Assembly: GCA_021849125.1 (NCBI GenBank)
Contig: JAJZTG010000002.1
Location: 76,573 to 140,572 of the forward strand
Direction: 5' to 3'
Source: a bacterium
GTDB taxonomy: Bacteria; Patescibacteriota; Minisyncoccia; Phycocordibacterales; Phycocordibacteraceae
DNA length: 64,000 nucleotides
Shown: positions 52,169 to 61,805 of the stretch, in pieces
Layout: every line of letters starts with the position of its first letter
Position numbering within the stretch: the stretch's first letter is position 1
Notes under the pieces: generated by a model
Told to the model about the DNA's origin: nothing
What the model saw: only the letters and a program-made list of their open reading frames with translations
Databases searched by the model: none
Program-made: the position numbers and the translations under genes

Positions 52169-52387
52169 ATGCACGTCAAAAAAGGAGATACCGTCAAGGT
52201 CATAGCAGGAAAGGATAAAGGGAAGACCGGCACGATCGTGCGCGCCCTTCCGAAGTTCGGCAAGGTCGTCGTCGAAGGCGTCGCTATCGCGAAGCGCCAT
52301 GTGAAAGGTCGTGCAGGCCAGGTCGGCCACATCGCGGAACGCCCGCAGCCGATCGATGCTTCAAACGTCGCACGTATCGAAAAATAA
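52169..52387 (+). CDS. rplX: 50S ribosomal protein L24 (short form, 72 aa)
   Basis: KOW motif VKKGDTVKVIAGKDKGKTGTIV. Confidence 0.85.
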   Translation: MHVKKGDTVKVIAGKDKGKTGTIVRALPKFGKVVVEGVAIAKRHVKGRAGQVGHIAERPQPIDASNVARIEK

Positions 52388-52388
52388 T

Positions 52389-52940
52389 ATGTCTATTTCA
52401 AAGGAAAAACAGAAGACGGTCTACGAGGCCATGAAGGACACGTTCGGTTATACGAGCGTGATGCAGACGCCGCGCGTCGAGAAGATCATCGTCTCCTCGG
52501 GTGTCGGTAAGAAGCGTGATCAGAAGCAGATCGATCTCATTTCTGACCGCCTCGCGAAGATCACGGGCCAGAAGGCCTCTCCGCGCCCGGCACGTCTCTC
52601 GATCGCATCGTTCAAGGTGCGTCAGGGCGACATCGTCGGTCTTCAGACGACCCTTCGAGGCGCGCGTATGTATGACTTCCTCGATAAGCTCATCCATATC
52701 GCTCTTCCGCGCACGCGCGATTTCCGCGGCCTGAAGGCTACGGCGATCGATGACATGGGGAACTACACCCTCGGTATCAAGGAAAGCTCGATCTTCCCGG
52801 AAACCGCAGATGAGGACCTCAAGGATGTCTTCGGGCTCGCGATCACGATCGTGACCTCAGCCAAGTCGAAGGCTGAAGCAGAAGCGCTCCTTCGCCATAT
52901 CGGCATGCCGCTCGTCGTTGACGCAGAGGTAAAACGCTGA
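52389..52940 (+). CDS. rplE: 50S ribosomal protein L5
   Basis: Conserved L5 sequence; start at MSISKEKQ. Confidence 0.95.
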   Translation: MSISKEKQKTVYEAMKDTFGYTSVMQTPRVEKIIVSSGVGKKRDQKQIDLISDRLAKITGQKASPRPARLSIASFKVRQGDIVGLQTTLRGARMYDFLDKLIHIALPRTRDFRGLKATAIDDMGNYTLGIKESSIFPETADEDLKDVFGLAITIVTSAKSKAEAEALLRHIGMPLVVDAEVKR

Positions 52941-52978
52941 TAATCTGAGCCTTACGCTCTTCTGGAGCCTTTATTTTT

Positions 52979-53248
52979 ATGGCAAAAAAGTCACAACTCG
53001 CACGCGCCGACAAGAGGGCAAAGCTTGTCACGAAGTACGCAGAAAAGCGTGCGGCGCTTAAGGCTGCCGGTGACGTCGCAGGCCTCCAGAAGCTCCCGAA
53101 GAATTCCTCGCCGGTCCGTATCAAGAACCGCTGCGCCATCACAGGCCGCTCGCGTGGGTACATGCGCGCATTCGGCCTCTCGCGCATCCAGTTCCGCGAG
53201 CTCGTGCTCGAGGGTAAGATCCCAGGCGTAAAGAAAGCATCATGGTAA
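52979..53248 (+). CDS. rpsN: 30S ribosomal protein S14 (long, non-zinc type)
   Basis: 89 aa with a single Cys. Confidence 0.9.
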   Translation: MAKKSQLARADKRAKLVTKYAEKRAALKAAGDVAGLQKLPKNSSPVRIKNRCAITGRSRGYMRAFGLSRIQFRELVLEGKIPGVKKASW

Positions 53249-53640
53249 CGGACCGCATCGGAGATTTCATCATTCGCTTGCAGAATGCCGCCAAGGTCGG
53301 CAAGCAGGAAGTCGCTGCGCCGTACTCCGCGCACCTCTTCGCGATTGCAAAGAAGCTCAAGGAGCTCGGGTTCCTCGCCTCTGTCGAGGTCAAGGGTGAT
53401 ACGGCCGCTACCAAGGAGCTCATGGTGATGCTCGCCTGTGATGAGAAGGGCACCCCGCGTCTTCGCGGCGTGAAGCGCATCTCTAAGCCGGGTCGTCGCC
53501 TCTATGTGCCGTCTGCTGGTGCGCATCAGGTGAAGGGTGGTACGGGTTCGCGTATCATCTCCTCGCCGGCAGGCATCGTCTCTGATGCTGAGGCGCGCAA
53601 AGCGCATGTCGGCGGTGAGAACCTGTTCGAAATCTGGTAA
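53242..53640 (+). CDS. rpsH: 30S ribosomal protein S8
   Basis: Conserved S8 sequence. Confidence 0.95.
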   Translation: MVTDRIGDFIIRLQNAAKVGKQEVAAPYSAHLFAIAKKLKELGFLASVEVKGDTAATKELMVMLACDEKGTPRLRGVKRISKPGRRLYVPSAGAHQVKGGTGSRIISSPAGIVSDAEARKAHVGGENLFEIW

Positions 53641-53644
53641 TACT

Positions 53645-54175
53645 ATGAGCCGCCTCGCACGAAAACCTACTATAGCTGGAAAGACCGAAGTCTCGGTCCA
53701 GGGAGGCATGCTGACCGTGAAGGGCAGCAAGGGTACGCTCACGAAGCGCGTCCATCCGTCGATCGACATCACGGTCGATGCGGGCAATGTTTCGGTTGCA
53801 CCGAAGGACCGCTCGCGCCTCGCAAAGGCCCTCACGGGTACGTTTGCTGCCCATGTGAAGAACATGGTCACGGGCGTCGAGACGCCGTTTACGAAGAAGC
53901 TCATCCTCGAAGGCGTCGGTTACCGCGTGGAAGTGAAAGGCAAGGATCTCGTCCTTACGGTCGGTTTCTCGCACACCGTTCCGCTCGCTATCCCTGAGGA
54001 TATTACCGCGACGGTCGAGAAGAACGTCATCAAGCTCGAGAGCATCAACAAGGAGTCTCTTGGCCAGTTCGCTGCGAATATCCGTCGCGTGAAGCCGCCT
54101 GAGCCGTACCTCGGCAAGGGTATCCGCTACGAAGGCGAGGTGATCCGCCGCAAGCAGGGCAAGAAGGCCGTCTAA
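53645..54175 (+). CDS. rplF: 50S ribosomal protein L6
   Basis: Conserved L6 sequence; start at MSRLARKP. Confidence 0.95.
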   Translation: MSRLARKPTIAGKTEVSVQGGMLTVKGSKGTLTKRVHPSIDITVDAGNVSVAPKDRSRLAKALTGTFAAHVKNMVTGVETPFTKKLILEGVGYRVEVKGKDLVLTVGFSHTVPLAIPEDITATVEKNVIKLESINKESLGQFAANIRRVKPPEPYLGKGIRYEGEVIRRKQGKKAV

Positions 54176-54180
54176 TACTT

Positions 54181-54531
54181 ATGCAACACGCACCTACGAC
54201 AAAGAATGAACTCAGGAAGCGCCGCCATGCGCGCGTCCGCGCTACGATCAAGGGCACAGCAGAGCGCCCGCGCCTCGCGGTGTTCCGCAGCAACCGTTTC
54301 GTTTCCGCGCAGCTCATCGATGATGAGGCAGGGAAGACCATCGCTGCCGCACACGGCCGCGAATTCAAGGGACCGCAGTCGGTACAGGCAAAGGAGGTCG
54401 GCTCGGCGATCGCCGCGAAAGCTAAGGCTTCGGGCATCACCACCGTCGTATTCGATCGTGCCGGCTACCGTTATGGCGGTCAGGTGAAGACGCTTGCCGA
54501 CGCGGCTCGCGAGGGAGGGCTCGCCTTTTAA
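54181..54531 (+). CDS. rplR: 50S ribosomal protein L18
   Basis: Conserved L18 sequence. Confidence 0.9.
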   Translation: MQHAPTTKNELRKRRHARVRATIKGTAERPRLAVFRSNRFVSAQLIDDEAGKTIAAAHGREFKGPQSVQAKEVGSAIAAKAKASGITTVVFDRAGYRYGGQVKTLADAAREGGLAF

Positions 54532-54534
54532 TAC

Positions 54535-55113
54535 ATGACTACGACTATGGAACAAGACGTACAGAAGAAAGAGGAAGCAGTCGTAGAGACGGCAGCACCG
54601 GCAGCACGTCCGGCACGCGGTTCGCTCCGTGGTCGTGGTCCGCGCGGAGGCGGTCGCACGTCCCGTGCGCCGCGCGAGCGCAGCGAATTCGATCAGGTTA
54701 CGATCGAAGCTCGCCGTGTGGCTCGCGTTATGGCCGGTGGGCGCCGTTTCAACTTCAGCCTGACCGTCGTCATCGGCGATCATAAGGGACGTGTCGGTGT
54801 CGGTATCGGGAAGGGCATCGATACCGCGCTTGCCATCGAGAAGGCGACGCGCGACGCGAAGAAGAACCTCTTCACCGTCTCGCGTACAGCCTCTGGCTCC
54901 ATCCCGCATGCGGTCCGTGCGAAGTACGCGTCTTCTGACGTAGAAGTGATCCCGTCTTCAGGTCGCGGTCTCGTTGCCGGTTCGGCAGTCCGTACCGTGC
55001 TTGAGCTCGCTGGCGTTACGGACGTGGTTACTAAGATCCACACGCGCAGCAAGAACAAACTCACGATCGCTCGCGCGACAGTCGAAGCGCTTAAGCAGCT
55101 CCGTACCAAGTAG
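54535..55113 (+). CDS. rpsE: 30S ribosomal protein S5
   Basis: Conserved S5 sequence with an Arg/Gly-rich N-terminal extension. Confidence 0.95.
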   Translation: MTTTMEQDVQKKEEAVVETAAPAARPARGSLRGRGPRGGGRTSRAPRERSEFDQVTIEARRVARVMAGGRRFNFSLTVVIGDHKGRVGVGIGKGIDTALAIEKATRDAKKNLFTVSRTASGSIPHAVRAKYASSDVEVIPSSGRGLVAGSAVRTVLELAGVTDVVTKIHTRSKNKLTIARATVEALKQLRTK

Positions 55114-55124
55114 TTTTTAGTATC

Positions 55125-55577
55125 ATGCAACTCAACACTCTCACTCCCCAGACGAAAGCGAAACAGTCGGTCCAGGTCGGACGCGGCGGTAAGCGCGGCA
55201 AGACGAGCGGTCGCGGTGGCAAGGGTCAGACGGCACGTGCGGGACATAAGATCCGCCCGGAGGTTCGCGATCTCATCAAGAAGCTCCCGAAGCGCCGTGG
55301 CCATGGCAAGAACCGCTCGCGTACGGTCCGCACGAACCGCATCCCGGCAACGGCCGTAAACCTCGCGGTACTCGAAGCTTCCTACGCAGCAGGCGAGACG
55401 GTTTCTCCGGCATCGCTTCTTGCGAAAGGTCTTGTGCGCCGCGCCAAGGGCCGCGCACCGCACGTAAAGGTCCTCGGTCTCGGTGATATCACCAAGGCGC
55501 TCGTCGTACGCGGTTGCGAAGTGTCCGAAGCGGCACGCGCTGCCCTTACGAAAGCAGGCGGCTCGATCCATGATTAA
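55125..55577 (+). CDS. rplO: 50S ribosomal protein L15 (follows S5 directly; no L30 gene)
   Basis: Conserved L15 sequence. Confidence 0.9.
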   Translation: MQLNTLTPQTKAKQSVQVGRGGKRGKTSGRGGKGQTARAGHKIRPEVRDLIKKLPKRRGHGKNRSRTVRTNRIPATAVNLAVLEASYAAGETVSPASLLAKGLVRRAKGRAPHVKVLGLGDITKALVVRGCEVSEAARAALTKAGGSIHD

Positions 55578-56844
55578 TACTTTCTTCCATAAGGTAAAAA
55601 TCGCCCTCAGTGATTCCGAGATTCGCGCGCGCATCCTCTTCCTTATCGGAGTGCTCGCACTCTTCCGCTTTCTTGCCATAATCCCGATCCCGGGCGTCGA
55701 TAAGAACGCGCTCGCCGCCTTCTTCGCGGACAACCAGTTCCTTGGACTTTTGAATATCTTCTCGGGCGGCGGTCTCTCGCAGCTTTCGGTCGTGATGCTC
55801 GGTGTGGGGCCCTATATCACCGCTTCGATCGTCATGCAGCTTGCGACCATCGTCTTCCCGCAGGTAAAACAGGCGTATTTCGAGGAAGGAGAGGCTGGTC
55901 GCGCGAAGTTCATCGAGTGGAGCCGCATACTCTCGGTGCCCATCGCAGTCCTTCAGGCGATCGGTTTCCTCGTGCTGCTTGAGAATCAGGGCGTAATCGG
56001 TGATTTGGGAACGCTCGCATTCGTCGCGAACGTGCTTCTCGTTACTGCAGGCTCGATCTTCCTCATGTGGCTCGGCGAGCTCGTGACGGAGTTTGGTATC
56101 GGTAACGGTGTCTCGCTCATCATTCTCGCAGGCATCCTTGCCAGTGTCCCAGCTAGCGTCTCCCAGAGCCTCTTCGCCGCAACGGCTGCAAACATCCCGG
56201 CATACCTAGCATTCGGTTTCCTCGGGCTTGCCATGACCTATGCGGTTGTCGTGGTATCCGACGCAGAACGTTCAATCCCGATCGCATATGCACGCGCAGT
56301 GCGTGGCGCGGCTCTTGCACAGGGTGCAGCGACGTACCTCCCAATCCGCCTCCTTCAGGCAGGCGTTATTCCGATCATTTTCGCACTTTCGCTCCTCTTG
56401 GTTCCGCAGATGGCGCTCTCAATGCTCTCAGCGCTCAATGTTTCGTTTGCATCGAGCGCAGCGCTTTGGTACACGGCCTTCTTGTCGAATCCGTGGCAGT
56501 ACGGCGCAGTGTACTTCGCTTTCGTCGTGCTCTTCACGTACTTCTATACGGCAGTAACCTTCGAGCCTAGCCGCGTTGCGGACAATCTCCAGAAGACCGG
56601 CGCGTTCGTGCCAGGTGTTCGTCCAGGCCGTGAGACCAAGGAGTACATCAACAATGTCGTGAACCGCATTACGCTCCCGGGTGCCTGTTTCCTCGGTCTT
56701 CTTGCGGTTGCGCCGTCAATCATCCAAGGACTCACGGGCGTTACTACACTCGTCTTGGGCGGTACCGCACTCCTTATTGCGGTACAGGTCATCCTCGACC
56801 TCGCACAGAAGATCGACGCGCAAGTCTCGCTTCGCGAATACTAA
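55570..56844 (+). CDS. secY: preprotein translocase subunit SecY
   Basis: 10-TM SecY. Start at MINTFF, overlapping the rplO end. Confidence 0.95.
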   Translation: MINTFFHKVKIALSDSEIRARILFLIGVLALFRFLAIIPIPGVDKNALAAFFADNQFLGLLNIFSGGGLSQLSVVMLGVGPYITASIVMQLATIVFPQVKQAYFEEGEAGRAKFIEWSRILSVPIAVLQAIGFLVLLENQGVIGDLGTLAFVANVLLVTAGSIFLMWLGELVTEFGIGNGVSLIILAGILASVPASVSQSLFAATAANIPAYLAFGFLGLAMTYAVVVVSDAERSIPIAYARAVRGAALAQGAATYLPIRLLQAGVIPIIFALSLLLVPQMALSMLSALNVSFASSAALWYTAFLSNPWQYGAVYFAFVVLFTYFYTAVTFEPSRVADNLQKTGAFVPGVRPGRETKEYINNVVNRITLPGACFLGLLAVAPSIIQGLTGVTTLVLGGTALLIAVQVILDLAQKIDAQVSLREY

Positions 56845-56932
56845 TCCTGAGTTCGAAAATGCGCGTCGGCTATGTCGACGCGCATTTTCATTTACCCTTA
56901 CGCTCACAGATGCAAAATGCTAAAGTAACCGC

Positions 56933-57499
56933 ATGAATCAGCCACATACTGTCTTTTTTATCGGCAAACCCGGTTGCGGAAAAGGTACGCAGGCGAAGCT
57001 TCTGGCCCAGAAAACCGGCTGGACGATCATCTCTGCAGGAGAGCAGTTCCGGAAGATCGCGAGCGAGGATACGCCGGTAGGCCACAAGATCCGCCTCGAG
57101 ATGAATGCGGGTGATCTCGCACCGCACTGGTTCGCGATGTATCTCTACCTGAAATCGCTTTTTGCGCTGGGAGCGGATGCGAATGTCATCTTTGACGGTT
57201 TCAACCGAAAAGTTCCGGAAGCGGAGCTCGTGATCGACTCCCTTCTCTGGCTTGACCGCTCGTTCAAGATCATCCATCTCGCCGTATCGGACGACATCGT
57301 GCATAAACGGCTTGCCGGCCGGAAGGAGATAGAAGGACGTCCTGATGATGACGCGGTCGACGAACGGCTCAAGGAGTTTTACGAGCACACCGAGCCGGCA
57401 TTGAAGATTTTCCGCGATGCAGGGGTACTTATCGAGATTGACGGCGAACAAGAGGAGGCGAAGATTGCTGCCGATATACAAGCTGCCATCGGTATCTGA
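56933..57499 (+). CDS. adk: adenylate kinase (short, lid-less type)
   Basis: GKPGCGKGTQ P-loop. Confidence 0.9.
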   Translation: MNQPHTVFFIGKPGCGKGTQAKLLAQKTGWTIISAGEQFRKIASEDTPVGHKIRLEMNAGDLAPHWFAMYLYLKSLFALGADANVIFDGFNRKVPEAELVIDSLLWLDRSFKIIHLAVSDDIVHKRLAGRKEIEGRPDDDAVDERLKEFYEHTEPALKIFRDAGVLIEIDGEQEEAKIAADIQAAIGI

Positions 57500-57502
57500 A
57501 CC

Positions 57503-58267
57503 ATGACGATCAAGAACGATACTGAACGTGCACATCTTATCGAGGGAGGGAAGCGCCTTGCTGCTATCTTGCGTGAACTTTCTGCAGCTGTCGCGCCAGG
57601 TGTTACCAGTGAAGAGCTCGACGACCTCGCGGAGCGGCTTATCCGTGATGGGGGCGACGAGCCCTGCTTCCTCGGCTACACGCCGGACGGGGGTATGCGT
57701 CCCTATCCTGCATCGCTTTGTGTTTCTATCAACGATGAGGTCGTACACGGGATCCCGAATGATGCAGTGAAGACGCTCAAGGAAGGCGATATCGTGGGAC
57801 TCGATCTCGGCCTCTCGCATGAAGGCATTATCGTCGATTCCGCCATTACTGTTCCGGTCGGAAAGATCGACGACGTTTCCAACCGACTGCTGCGTGCTAC
57901 GGAAGAAGCGCTTGCTGCAGGTATCAAGGCCGCAACCCCAGGTAACCATGTCGAGGATATTTCCTATGCGATCCAGCAGGTGATCGAGAGGGCGGGCTTT
58001 ACCGTGGTGAAAGAGCTCGGTGGGCACGGCGTAGGCGAGCATGTGCACGAGGAGCCGTTCGTGCCTAATTTCGGCCACCCAGGTCGCGGAGAGCTCCTTG
58101 AAGAGGGAATGGTGCTCGCACTTGAGCCCATCGCCTCGGCTGGGAAGGCCGCGGTACGGCTCGCGCCCGACGGCTACACCTTCCGCACTAAGGACGGTTC
58201 GCGCTCGGCACACTTCGAGCACACTATCTTGCTCGAGAAGACCGGCGCGCGTATCATAACAGCATAA
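57503..58267 (+). CDS. map: methionine aminopeptidase, type I
   Basis: Metal-binding residues in DIVGLDLG...HGVGEHVHEEP... Confidence 0.9.
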   Translation: MTIKNDTERAHLIEGGKRLAAILRELSAAVAPGVTSEELDDLAERLIRDGGDEPCFLGYTPDGGMRPYPASLCVSINDEVVHGIPNDAVKTLKEGDIVGLDLGLSHEGIIVDSAITVPVGKIDDVSNRLLRATEEALAAGIKAATPGNHVEDISYAIQQVIERAGFTVVKELGGHGVGEHVHEEPFVPNFGHPGRGELLEEGMVLALEPIASAGKAAVRLAPDGYTFRTKDGSRSAHFEHTILLEKTGARIITA

Positions 58268-58419
58268 TCGCCGTAGGGCGCATTTATTAAGAAAAACAAT
58301 AAGCGTACGACTATGTTTTTCTTAACCCTGTTAAATCGCGGCGGAGCCGCGCCTCGCTTGACGAGGATTTAACAGGGTCTAAGATTTTATAATTCGTTAC
58401 GCTCATAACAAAATCTAAG

Positions 58420-58896
58420 ATGACCCATCCGAAAGAAGAGAAGACCCTTATCATCCTCAAGCCCGACGCGGTACACCGCGGCCTCATGGGCGAAGTCATC
58501 GGCCGTTTCGAGCGCAAAGGCCTCAAGATCGTCGGCATGAAGATGGTCCAGCTCGAGGATGCGCTCATCGATGCGCACTATGCGCACATCGCCGACAAGC
58601 CCTTCTTCGCGGGCATCAAGACCTTCATGAAGACTTCTCCGGTCGTCCTCATGGCTCTCTCCGGTATCAATGCGGTCGAGTCGACGCGCCTTATCGTCGG
58701 TCCCACCAAGGGCTACGAAGCAGCTGCCGGTACGATCCGCGGTGACCTCTCGCTCTCGACGCAGAGCAATCTCGTACACGCTTCCGATAGCGTCGAGAAT
58801 GGCAAGGTCGAGGTCGCGCGGTTCTTCAAGGATGAGGAGCTCTTCGAGTACAAGCGTAACGATTTCGACTTCATCAGTGCCGAAGAAGTGTTCTAA
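58420..58896 (+). CDS. ndk: nucleoside diphosphate kinase
   Basis: ERTLIILKPDAV...NLVHASDS, conserved. Confidence 0.9.
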   Translation: MTHPKEEKTLIILKPDAVHRGLMGEVIGRFERKGLKIVGMKMVQLEDALIDAHYAHIADKPFFAGIKTFMKTSPVVLMALSGINAVESTRLIVGPTKGYEAAAGTIRGDLSLSTQSNLVHASDSVENGKVEVARFFKDEELFEYKRNDFDFISAEEVF

Positions 58897-59086
58897 TTTT
58901 CTTGTCCACACCGGGGTTCTGGGGGAGGAGTATACTGGTAAGTGGAGCTGTTCTTGTTAACGCAACTTGCTTTCTCTAAGGGGAAAACGCATTGAGACAG
59001 CCCGGTGAAGTCTGTATGGACATCTGACGGCCGTCGTTACGTTCCCCACCTGGCACAAAAAAGTTGCCAGAGAGGACAGTTCCACC

Positions 59087-59120
59087 AAAACCCGCCGTAA
59101 GGCGGGTTTTGGTGTTTTGG
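59087..59120 (+). terminator. rho-independent terminator
   Basis: AAAACCCGCC-GTAA-GGCGGGTTTT followed by GGTGTTTT. Confidence 0.65.
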
Positions 59121-59141
59121 GTGCATGCTACAGTAAGTGAC

Positions 59142-60548
59142 ATGGCATTTCGTCTCACGTCATACGGTGGAGCCGGCAAAGTGACCGGCTCGAATTTCTT
59201 GGTAGAAGGAAGCCGCGGGAAAGTGCTTGTCGATTGTGGCATCGAGCAAGGCGCTGACTTCTGTGAAGAGTGCGTGTATGGGCCATTCCCCTACGATGTG
59301 GCGAAGATCGATGCGCTCGTCGTGACGCATGCGCATCTCGACCATGTCGGGCGTATCCCGAAGCTTGTCAAAGACGGGTTTTGCGGAAAGATTTATATGA
59401 CGCTGCCGACGCGCGATCTTGCCGAGCTCATTTTGCGTGACTCGGTCGAGATTCTCGGCCAAGACGCGCAAAGGAAAGGGCACGAGCCGCTCTATGGGGC
59501 AAAGGATGTCGATGCCACGTTCGCACTCATCGAGACGCTCGACTACCACACAGAAAAGGACGTCGCACCAGGCATCTCCGTGCTCCTACGCAACACGGGG
59601 CACATCCTCGGTTCTGCAAGCGCACGGTTTCGCGATGAAGATGGCACGACGATCGCGCTTACGGGGGACATTGGCAACTCGCCATCCCCGCTCCTGCCTG
59701 ACTGGGAGCCCGTTACGGACGCAGATGCGTTTCTTATGGAAAGCGTCTATGGCGATCGTCTGCATCCTCCGCATGAAGAGCGCGTAGAGCGTCTCAGAGA
59801 CACGCTCAAAGCGGCCATCGAGCGAGGCGGGACGATCCTTATCCCTGCATTCTCTTTGGAGCGGACTCAGCTCATGCTCTACGAGCTCTCCAACTTCTTT
59901 TCGCAAGGTGATCTTCCGCGGGTGCCCGTCTTCCTCGACTCGCCGCTCGCGATTCATGTGACTGAGGTCTATGAAAAGTATGGCGCGACCTATTTCAAGC
60001 CTGCAGCCGAAGCCGAGATGCGACAGGAGCATAGCCTTTTCGAATTCCCGTTCCTCAAGAAGACGCTCCACCCGGAGGAATCAGCAGCTATCGGGAAGGT
60101 GTCCGGTCCGAAGATCATCATCGCGGGAGCCGGCATGAGCCATGGGGGCCGTATAGGGCGCTGGGAAGCCCGTTACCTGCCCGAATCATCCACTACGCTC
60201 ATTATCGTCGGCTACCAGGCTCCAGGAAGCCCTGGGCGCCGCATGGCTGAGGGCGCTGCGACCGTACGCCTGAACGGGGAAGATATCCCGCTCAAGGCGA
60301 AAGTCGTGATCCTCGAAGGCTGGTCGGCGCATGCCGATCGAGACGAGCTGCTCTCCTTCGCGGAAAAGTCTCTTGCCGGGAAGCGAGCCAAGGCGGTCTT
60401 CGTCGGTCTTGGAGAACCGGCAGCTGAACGTTTCCTCGCACAGCGTATCCACGATTACCTCGGTACACGCGCTATCGTGCCGGAAGTAGGGGAGGCCTGG
60501 GAGGTGACAAAAGAGTCGGTGCAGAAGGTGTCGCTCAAAAGCGCATGA
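59142..60548 (+). CDS. MBL-fold beta-CASP family RNA-metabolising hydrolase (RNase J / CPSF-like)
   Basis: HAHLDH motif in a beta-lactamase fold followed by a beta-CASP region. 468 aa; start chosen at MAFRLTSYGG. Confidence 0.75.
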   Translation: MAFRLTSYGGAGKVTGSNFLVEGSRGKVLVDCGIEQGADFCEECVYGPFPYDVAKIDALVVTHAHLDHVGRIPKLVKDGFCGKIYMTLPTRDLAELILRDSVEILGQDAQRKGHEPLYGAKDVDATFALIETLDYHTEKDVAPGISVLLRNTGHILGSASARFRDEDGTTIALTGDIGNSPSPLLPDWEPVTDADAFLMESVYGDRLHPPHEERVERLRDTLKAAIERGGTILIPAFSLERTQLMLYELSNFFSQGDLPRVPVFLDSPLAIHVTEVYEKYGATYFKPAAEAEMRQEHSLFEFPFLKKTLHPEESAAIGKVSGPKIIIAGAGMSHGGRIGRWEARYLPESSTTLIIVGYQAPGSPGRRMAEGAATVRLNGEDIPLKAKVVILEGWSAHADRDELLSFAEKSLAGKRAKAVFVGLGEPAAERFLAQRIHDYLGTRAIVPEVGEAWEVTKESVQKVSLKSA

Positions 60549-60763
60549 GCATCGAGCCGGGCATCTATGAGCATTACAAAGGGAAGCGTTACCGCGTAAT
60601 CGGCGTCGGGAAGCACAGCGAGACGTTCGAAGATCTCGTCCTCTATGAGACGTTGTATGAAAACGAACTGTCGAAGCTCTGGGTACGACCGCTCGGTATG
60701 TTCCTCGAGGAAGTCGAAGTGGCCGGGGAAAGGTTTCCTCGTTTCAAGCGTGTAGAAGAATAA
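60545..60763 (+). CDS. DUF1653-domain protein
   Basis: IYEHYKGKRYRVIGVGKHSETFEDLVLYETLYENELSKLWVRPLGMF matches the DUF1653 signature. Confidence 0.7.
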   Translation: MSIEPGIYEHYKGKRYRVIGVGKHSETFEDLVLYETLYENELSKLWVRPLGMFLEEVEVAGERFPRFKRVEE

Positions 60764-60764
60764 A

Positions 60765-60792
60765 AAGAAACGCGGCACCTGAAGTGCCGCGG
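60765..60792 (-). terminator. rho-independent terminator for the lipoprotein gene
   Basis: Minus strand reads CGCGGCAC-TTCAG-GTGCCGCG followed by TTTCTTTTTATT. Confidence 0.55.
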
Positions 60793-60794
60793 GC

Positions 60795-61115
60795 TCATCC
60801 GTGTGCGATATCGAAATATCCGAGAACTTCCTTCGGCAACCTAAGGCGGTCACCTATCTCGCAGTTTCTATATTTCTCGCCATAGGGCGTGAATCGCGGT
60901 CGATATCCTCCCTCAAAGACCAAGGCGAGCAAGTACGGTTTTTCTGAATCGTCCGAATACAGCTGTATCCTGCTCTCAAGCTGGAGAAGACAAGCGCCGC
61001 CGTCTACGAGGTCGAAGTGAAGCGGTTTTCTCGGTTCAAGCAAATCTCCCGGTCGAGGGGCGGGCGAGCAGGAGAGCAAGAGGAAAGTGATGAATAACAA
61101 GACAAACCGTTCCAC
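60795..61115 (-). CDS. putative lipoprotein (hypothetical)
   Basis: RBS AAAGGAG sits 5-6 nt upstream of the GTG at 61115. N-terminus MERFVLLFITFLLLSCS carries a lipobox LLSC. Confidence 0.55.
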   Translation of the reverse strand: MERFVLLFITFLLLSCSPAPRPGDLLEPRKPLHFDLVDGGACLLQLESRIQLYSDDSEKPYLLALVFEGGYRPRFTPYGEKYRNCEIGDRLRLPKEVLGYFDIAHG

Positions 61116-61245
61116 GAGGACTCCTTTCTGCTGCGTGGCAGCCGTAGTGTACAGGATTCTGAAAAGAACCATACGCCCGCGTCATTTTCCTGTCAAAAAG
61201 AAACACCGCCTCGAGGAGGCGGTGTTTCTTTGCGTGAAAGGGCGA

Positions 61246-61593
61246 TTAGGCTACCTTTTTCGCGATGCGCTCGAAGATTTCCGGGCGCTCTGCCGCGAAC
61301 TCAGCAAGGACCTTACGGTCGAGGGCGATATCCGCCTTCTTGAGCTTGTTGATGAAGGTGCTGTAGGACTGATGACCCTGCTCGCGGATAGCGGCGTTCA
61401 AGCGAACGATCCAGAGCTGGCGGAATGCCGTCTTCTTGTCGCGGCGGTGCGCAAAAGCGTAGCGGCCGGCGCGCATAAGCGCTTCGTGGGCAGCGTGGAG
61501 CTTCTTCGAGCGGATACCGCGGTAGCCCTTAGCACGCTCAAGGAGGTTCTTGCGGCGCTTGTTTGCTTGGACTCCACCTTTTACTCGTGACAT
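61246..61593 (-). CDS. rplT: 50S ribosomal protein L20
   Basis: Conserved L20 sequence. Confidence 0.95.
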   Translation of the reverse strand: MSRVKGGVQANKRRKNLLERAKGYRGIRSKKLHAAHEALMRAGRYAFAHRRDKKTAFRQLWIVRLNAAIREQGHQSYSTFINKLKKADIALDRKVLAEFAAERPEIFERIAKKVA

Positions 61594-61619
61594 ACGGAAA
61601 TGATTAGTAAGGGATAAAT

Positions 61620-61805
61620 TTAGGTACCCGGGAGGAAGCGACGCACTACGCGTGCGGTGAGGCTGAGCGAGGTTGCGCGACGTTTGCCGGCGCGGGTCGA
61701 GCCGCTCTGCTTCGCATTGAAATGGTTCTGGCCGGCCTTGCGCGCGACAAGCTTCCCGGTACGGGTGACACGAATTCTCTTGGTATACGATTTATTGGTT
61801 TTCAT
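61620..61805 (-). CDS. rpmI: 50S ribosomal protein L35
   Basis: MKTNKSYTKRIRVTRTGKLVARKAGQNHF... Start at the internal ATG 61805. Confidence 0.9.
   Translation of the reverse strand: MKTNKSYTKRIRVTRTGKLVARKAGQNHFNAKQSGSTRAGKRRATSLSLTARVVRRFLPGT

Noticed and set aside
56888-58222. 444-aa minus-strand ORF
   Set aside because: Antisense to adk and map.
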